A DNA stretch of 27,512 nt from a virus (lineage: Duplodnaviria > Caudoviricetes). A program made the translations under genes and the position numbers. How positions within the stretch are numbered: position 1 is the first letter of the stretch; each line of letters begins with the position of its first letter. The stretch is taken from IMG/VR virus record IMGVR_UViG_3300012952_000099, positions 1-27,512 of that record. The stretch is one strand, 5' to 3'. Below the pieces are notes generated by a model that was not told the DNA's origin, did not search any database, and saw only the letters and a list, made by a program, of their open reading frames with translations. Shown here one piece after another: positions 25,801-27,512 of the stretch.

Positions 25801-27405
25801 CAGTGGGAAATTTATGATGCAAACACAGTTCAGTATGCAGAACTAGGTAATGCTTCTGGAACAGGTTTTTTAAGACTTGGTAGAAAGGATGGAAATGCTG
25901 CAACAAGTCCATATATCTATTTTAACTCCTCACAAACAGCTGCTACTTATAATGCTGCTATCATTGCTGATGGTGGTAATGGGACTACAGGATCTGGTTC
26001 TCTAGAGTTCAAAGTTTTAGATGAAAATGAATTAAAGGTTAATAACAATATTATCTGGAACGCAGGTAATGTAGCATTTAATTCTTCCAATGTAGCTTCT
26101 ACAGCGTCACTTAAGTCTGCTGTACAACGCGACACAGCTGGTAACTTCTCTGCTGGTACAATTACAGCATCATTAACAGGTGCTGCTTCACTTAACGTAT
26201 TGAAGTCTGGTGATACCATGACTGGTACACTTACTATGACAGGTGGATCAGGAATTAGTATTCAGAGTACTGGTACTTTATCTGTTGGATCAAACACAAC
26301 TGTTGGAGGTGATCTAACAGTAGATACAAACACATTGTATGTTGATTCTACTGATAATCGTGTTGCAATTAATAATCTTGATCCACAAACAAGACTCCAT
26401 ATTGTTTCAGGTGGATGGGAAGATAATGTAGTTGGTGTAGATTCATTAAGAATTGAAGCAACTGCTGCTGTAGGTGCTGGTGTAGCACTTAAGAATGCTG
26501 ATGGACAATATTGGAACATTTACAATGGAGGACAATCTTCTTGGGCAGGACAAGGTAACCTTGGATTTGTATATGGTGATGGAACAAACGCTGCTTTAGA
26601 CTATAAGATTGCATTTACTAGTGGCGGTGATATTTTACCTGGTGATGACAGTGATCAAGATATTGGTACTGATGGCACAAGATGGCAGAACATTTACAGT
26701 GATATCACACACGCACTAAACAGTGTAAGGATTGCGAAAGGATCTGCAAACCAAGAAGCAGACATCCAATTAAGAGGTGGTGGAACTGGTGCTGGTGGTG
26801 GTAGAGGATTCCGTTTAGGAACTAATATTGGTGGAGGTCCTGATCTCTTTGAGATCTATGCATCACAAACAGCAGGTAGTGATAACTGGAAGAGTTTAGC
26901 AAACCCAGCTCAACCTCCAGCACTTGCTATTCAAGGTGCTAATAACAGAGTTGGTATTAACACTAATAGTTTCTCTGGAACTGATACCAGTACAACTCCT
27001 AATACCAGCAGAAACTATATCTTGAACGTTCAAGGTGATATGAACCTTAACGGTCAGTTCTTCCAGAACAACGAAGAGTTTGTTACTTCTAGATGGACAG
27101 AATCTAGCAATGAATCAGGTGCTAATATTTACAGAAACTCTAAAGTTGGTATTGGTAATGTTCCAAGTCCATCGTATGCATTAGATGTAGCTGGTGACTT
27201 TAATATGACTGGAGTCATGAGAGTTAATGGCACTGCTCAGTGGTTTGACTCTTATGGAGTTATCAAAGGAGGAAATCAAACTATCGCTGAATCTGTCACT
27301 ATTCCTAACAGTGCTCTTGCTACATCAAACGGTCCTATAACCATTGTTGCAGGTGGTAACCATGTGGTAACCATTGGAACTGGTGCTACTTGGGTCGTTA
27401 GGTAG
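16888..27405 (+). CDS. Giant tail fibre-like virion protein (3505 aa) with split beta-helix domain, helical repeats, nested beta repeats and a fibre-type C-terminus
   Basis: Uninterrupted 10.5-kb ORF. Motifs include KIATTEYV; a beta-helix entry (VYVSQQIGSDLNDGRS...RTIKKAA...GDYVEDNPISLP...VVGDNLR); two DSGLDAD.LD motifs; VLKSGDTMTGTLT; [VR]VGI...P...LDV.G repeats; and C-terminal GPITI...VTIGTGATWVV. All are common in myovirus fibres. Confidence 0.8.
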   Translation: MSFHINSDKEKIRGVNPKLIGDNEATIRVGTGADEQEIMRLQQDPTSGLPRVGINRTGQRIDKINLDQGGTGYTQAPLVAIDAPPAGGTQAQASATVFNGRVVTVVVNDPGNGYSTAPNVVFTGGNGSGAAATATLDTVEFELDINGAIRTSTSIISDTARILNIDVENFVTPDLNLRAPNLKTFMNGTGTPWAANVIVQKDQYRYSQSNVYQATNTGTTGTLAPEHKDGIVLNGEVNFKHIGFRVNNQDDYNYLQTGEAGTYPRSITPLLGDRTDKIATTEYVLNLATNDVGGRVYVSQQIGSDLNDGRSAVNPVRTIKKAAQIAWSTPGVKETLIVSGGDYVEDNPISLPPDCSVVGDNLRLVIIRPGNIGKHIFKFGDKNYVTGVTYRDKIDSNGDPTGTWDFAMVFDDKQRIIVDNEVNGDFGVDFPIGHQIFGPDQFRISFQNNTGLSLLATGAQILGLNTGARANVFGVTFASTTGANAYVSGTIDVSLTAGSFIEGDQYSYITSAAAGGAISQTISQTAGENILRFTTDPSTDLPVGNVVQLNDADNSSFTGTGFYQVSVINNGNAPTYWDVTFVPILGAASWDTTQTETISINSATPTTNTIDTVNLKSIRAEGEVVAYDNDVISTLPITRIDFSLQGDPSIATGGFQQAQFGSAEDLGGIVFYTSALVGRTNTHEFKEGQEIVLENMPTSNPDLSFLNGKQRIYKVLEDADGRARRFVIPKKIPSLTTANYAPSEFAVVKSYSKVVTLSLLNSPNKFPLATPVERRFQDACQLIRNNRDYIAEEVVGRINEQFSKDYFAVYNLDSVNNTFDIYLGTTDHVNTYVSGGTVTFGGTSYAISNFVYDNAATGVATITTTAAAISALSEDAVVKLADILISCSAGQKIYPSYSSPTSGNNTGDDGDEQCKQDVIHFLNALVRDLEFGSNHNIIDAAKKYIVDGKIAYIEDEIIQNVRAIEYARELATYAMCNWRIKNRTVTDPLYTTQHATTPRYTDTTIINSTAGSPACANVAAAIDTLSFLWVDVISNNASGTYIDAAYLIARNADLIADQALIDTEAAYPTLNLSDLHQRKCRRDIKIVLEGLVRDLVLGGNHGIVSTAEAYFSGTVLSGISEAQRPQTIYAFDRVKLYAIYAMRNWSDGNVLQTTPTGSTYVPTTGALTVVIPDPAVAPVANSDRIAFAEEALTFSCAYSGGGNDAGPYRTDVAFGKSFLITNVVSSGGNTTISCNVGAAGSNTDTHTFVSALTNGTKIIYGPLTLTSPVPKFEDWSILNGPGAAPIGIFTPTTATYDPSNGNLTFTTANAHNLGTSNTIRFQPESLVFTCDMDNDATEHKYPKDGQPAFGNSLPITATTTNTVTVNVGTSGANVQFTPTAATYDPSSGIMVLEIGSHTLDVGEGVVIADNSLSFTCTMDGNSSTKTYPRPSIDRVGGRSIPITGKTATSITVNVGVSPANKLLQAVTGTTYNPTTGDLVLQVGQHGIGVGRNIVLEDGAVTFTCLQDNDQTTHAYPRSTDPASGSSLAVTAVGTTSHTVTNAPYNASTGVITFTLSTHGFSTGDYIKIDDNALTYTCVLDGNATQHQYPRAGYDAASNRWLEITKIDDNTFSVNVGGSPYTGSHTFVSADPNGIKRQDGTLTVNVGTSSNTTTHTFVSGLAGGVKFLPQTVHTFVTGQAAAVNAISHSPQSPHAFVRASADSVSAYASSATSICASVESSINTALELFEDILDGTTLPGATTQTFGSLYNTIDIITYPDSYIYDTANNRMAVRGRFDDFPIIEASPYTQNASVISFRGGGGALVDGSKVKQPNCPFPGLEPDGTASFPNQGKSMVAAAFTIVSFGGTGYKVIEDGYTQLVSVFVIFCQDGVLCESGGYASITNSATNFGTYALRGIGFRAECYAFDTGTVNVVSQTPTGRTTMTIGGIGREPLEHYIVKFDGYRNADPEKEFFIDAVSAVTVGPPFSATLTLDDGIGNGLTLIRESDNATITGLAALQAALTPSGSSNATIKLHRPSIVNSSSHTWEFAGSGTNYLALPENGGTKVEANEQVSQDYGRVYVSGTDELGDFKVGTFARIENRTGNITFTGTVTISEVEFLKLKGGDVVVTGFDNSNTLGGANASDSKLPTQKAVKDYITNSLGPYINKPYSTNAVPRALVELTDSGKISLDQIPALRPFSVFTVADQAARLALEGALAGDIAIQQDTQTSFILNNDLTSLFLGFAVDSTLSFTIGDVFTGTPSTGRIQSTEYRQGVLFNINITGGGSGYTVAPTVTISGGNPSSGAVAATATSTIANGEVVTITINTNAGYIGGYGYTTQPTITIAAPPGAGTQATADAFLESRLYGNIVNNIKMLDTDTFDDSSSPSANTINITRVVNTSGSTASNWVSLSSDSVGVSSLTGPGLISTTLLGSEAANSFSFLRGDQSYAKVVQSLKGAETRYFARLYSQASVGASAFIFQGLSDVLKGHDIVASVAGIAADTTVNGVSVVGGLTTVSFNNPITSTISVGTVIEFNRGASPLIFDSTNTGGEFIDSVVIANQGTGYTDGQYFDVALDAPAGNNGTNLKANIIVGENGQNGQITTCTVTNAGSGYTADFQVTPLPTAIGAGSNGVLLAKVATTQKQFANIALDVQRVSDLTISQDLFGTIGVSRYKKSQFNLGVEGNGSVSIKMGPDSGLDADLLDGQQGSYYLNGAFFVDSSIVPDKLASGVYSIDISGRSTNTLRLDTGTSNANANPGPSDAVQGITLQTLFNSSNGLLSAFPSVDTGNSNSAKHLVMTLRNGETGGDATFGGVRQLAFANDDRIYFRGSGDAVTSYGSWYEVWNSGNQGIDSGLDADKLDNKQGLWYQDAKNIISNQIFDTRLPVWRSSTKFRDKIEISSYGGTDTFYRILVRQNLDISIGGDFEVTNTIDLFDTNKISAGDFTITGTEQVVDQNDSSNTYTILIGRLASGGNIDNAVYLGVAGDERLFEQWEIYDANTVQYAELGNASGTGFLRLGRKDGNAATSPYIYFNSSQTAATYNAAIIADGGNGTTGSGSLEFKVLDENELKVNNNIIWNAGNVAFNSSNVASTASLKSAVQRDTAGNFSAGTITASLTGAASLNVLKSGDTMTGTLTMTGGSGISIQSTGTLSVGSNTTVGGDLTVDTNTLYVDSTDNRVAINNLDPQTRLHIVSGGWEDNVVGVDSLRIEATAAVGAGVALKNADGQYWNIYNGGQSSWAGQGNLGFVYGDGTNAALDYKIAFTSGGDILPGDDSDQDIGTDGTRWQNIYSDITHALNSVRIAKGSANQEADIQLRGGGTGAGGGRGFRLGTNIGGGPDLFEIYASQTAGSDNWKSLANPAQPPALAIQGANNRVGINTNSFSGTDTSTTPNTSRNYILNVQGDMNLNGQFFQNNEEFVTSRWTESSNESGANIYRNSKVGIGNVPSPSYALDVAGDFNMTGVMRVNGTAQWFDSYGVIKGGNQTIAESVTIPNSALATSNGPITIVAGGNHVVTIGTGATWVVR
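18437..18462 (+). repeat. Perfect 12-bp tandem duplication (caatctcccaaa x2 + ca)
   Basis: Read directly from the sequence; encodes ISQT-ISQT in frame. Confidence 0.9.
20344..22000 (+). repeat. Five copies of a ~100-aa beta repeat (TY.P..G...H....G...FTC..D....YPR...TVNVG...HTFVS), four of them nested
   Basis: Repeat openings at about 20344, 20752, 21013, 21280 and 21490. Closing H[TA]FV strands at 20623, 21757, 21847, 21901 and 21964. The 16-mer catacatttgtaagtg is identical at 20623, 21757 and 21847. Confidence 0.85.
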
Positions 27406-27413
27406 TATAAATA
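27406..27413 (+). promoter_or_regulatory. T4-type late promoter TATAAATA
   Basis: Exact consensus immediately after the fibre stop codon, 34 nt before the ATG at 27448. Confidence 0.8.
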
Positions 27414-27447
27414 GAAAAAGCATAAAAAGACTTTAGAAGTTTAACCC

Positions 27448-27512
27448 ATGAGTACGTTAAAAGTAAATGAATTGAGTACCGTTCCAGGAAGTGGCGATAT
27501 TAACTTCGCTCC
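27448..27512 (+). CDS. 5' end of a probable small fibre-associated/structural protein (truncated by the window)
   Basis: ATG follows a late promoter and the frame is open to the window edge: MSTLKVNELSTVPGSGDINFA. MSTLKVN-type N-termini are common in cyanophage fibre-associated proteins. Confidence 0.7.
   Translation, partial: MSTLKVNELSTVPGSGDINFA

Noticed and set aside
1702-26519. Numerous 60-112-aa alternative-frame and minus-strand ORFs in the ORF track
   Set aside because: All overlap long, well-supported + strand genes. They are expected shadows of the biased Gly/Thr/Ser/Val codon usage, and I saw no promoters or recognisable motifs for them.
1920-27447. Rho-independent terminators in intergenic gaps
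   Set aside because: I saw no GC-rich stem followed by a U-tract in any gap.

Overview
This window comes from a T4-like (Kyanoviridae-type) cyanomyovirus, in the virion baseplate and fibre gene block. It is AT-rich, nearly fully coding, and all credible genes lie on the + strand. Gene order: 3' end of a large baseplate wedge gene (probably gp7, cut by the left edge); baseplate wedge gp8; a 2698-aa VrlC/DUF4815-like structural protein; a 68-aa hypothetical; a 1347-aa modular structural protein; a 166-aa structural protein; a 3505-aa giant fibre-like protein; the start of another small structural gene at the right edge. T4-type late promoters (TATAAATA or CTAAATA variant) precede four genes. 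The main observations are: (1) a four-level nested ('Russian doll') domain arrangement in the giant fibre; (2) helical repeats in that fibre whose KCxRDI...LVxGG motif resembles the phycobiliprotein bilin-attachment helix; (3) a split cupredoxin-like domain with H/C/H/M ligands in the 1347-aa protein; (4) a 160-bp segment after gp8 bounded by a duplication of the gp8 3' end; (5) a hairpin linking the late promoter to the VrlC-like leader; (6) a LamG cassette with flanking microhomology in the gp7-like gene. All family assignments come from motif recognition by eye, not from database searches.
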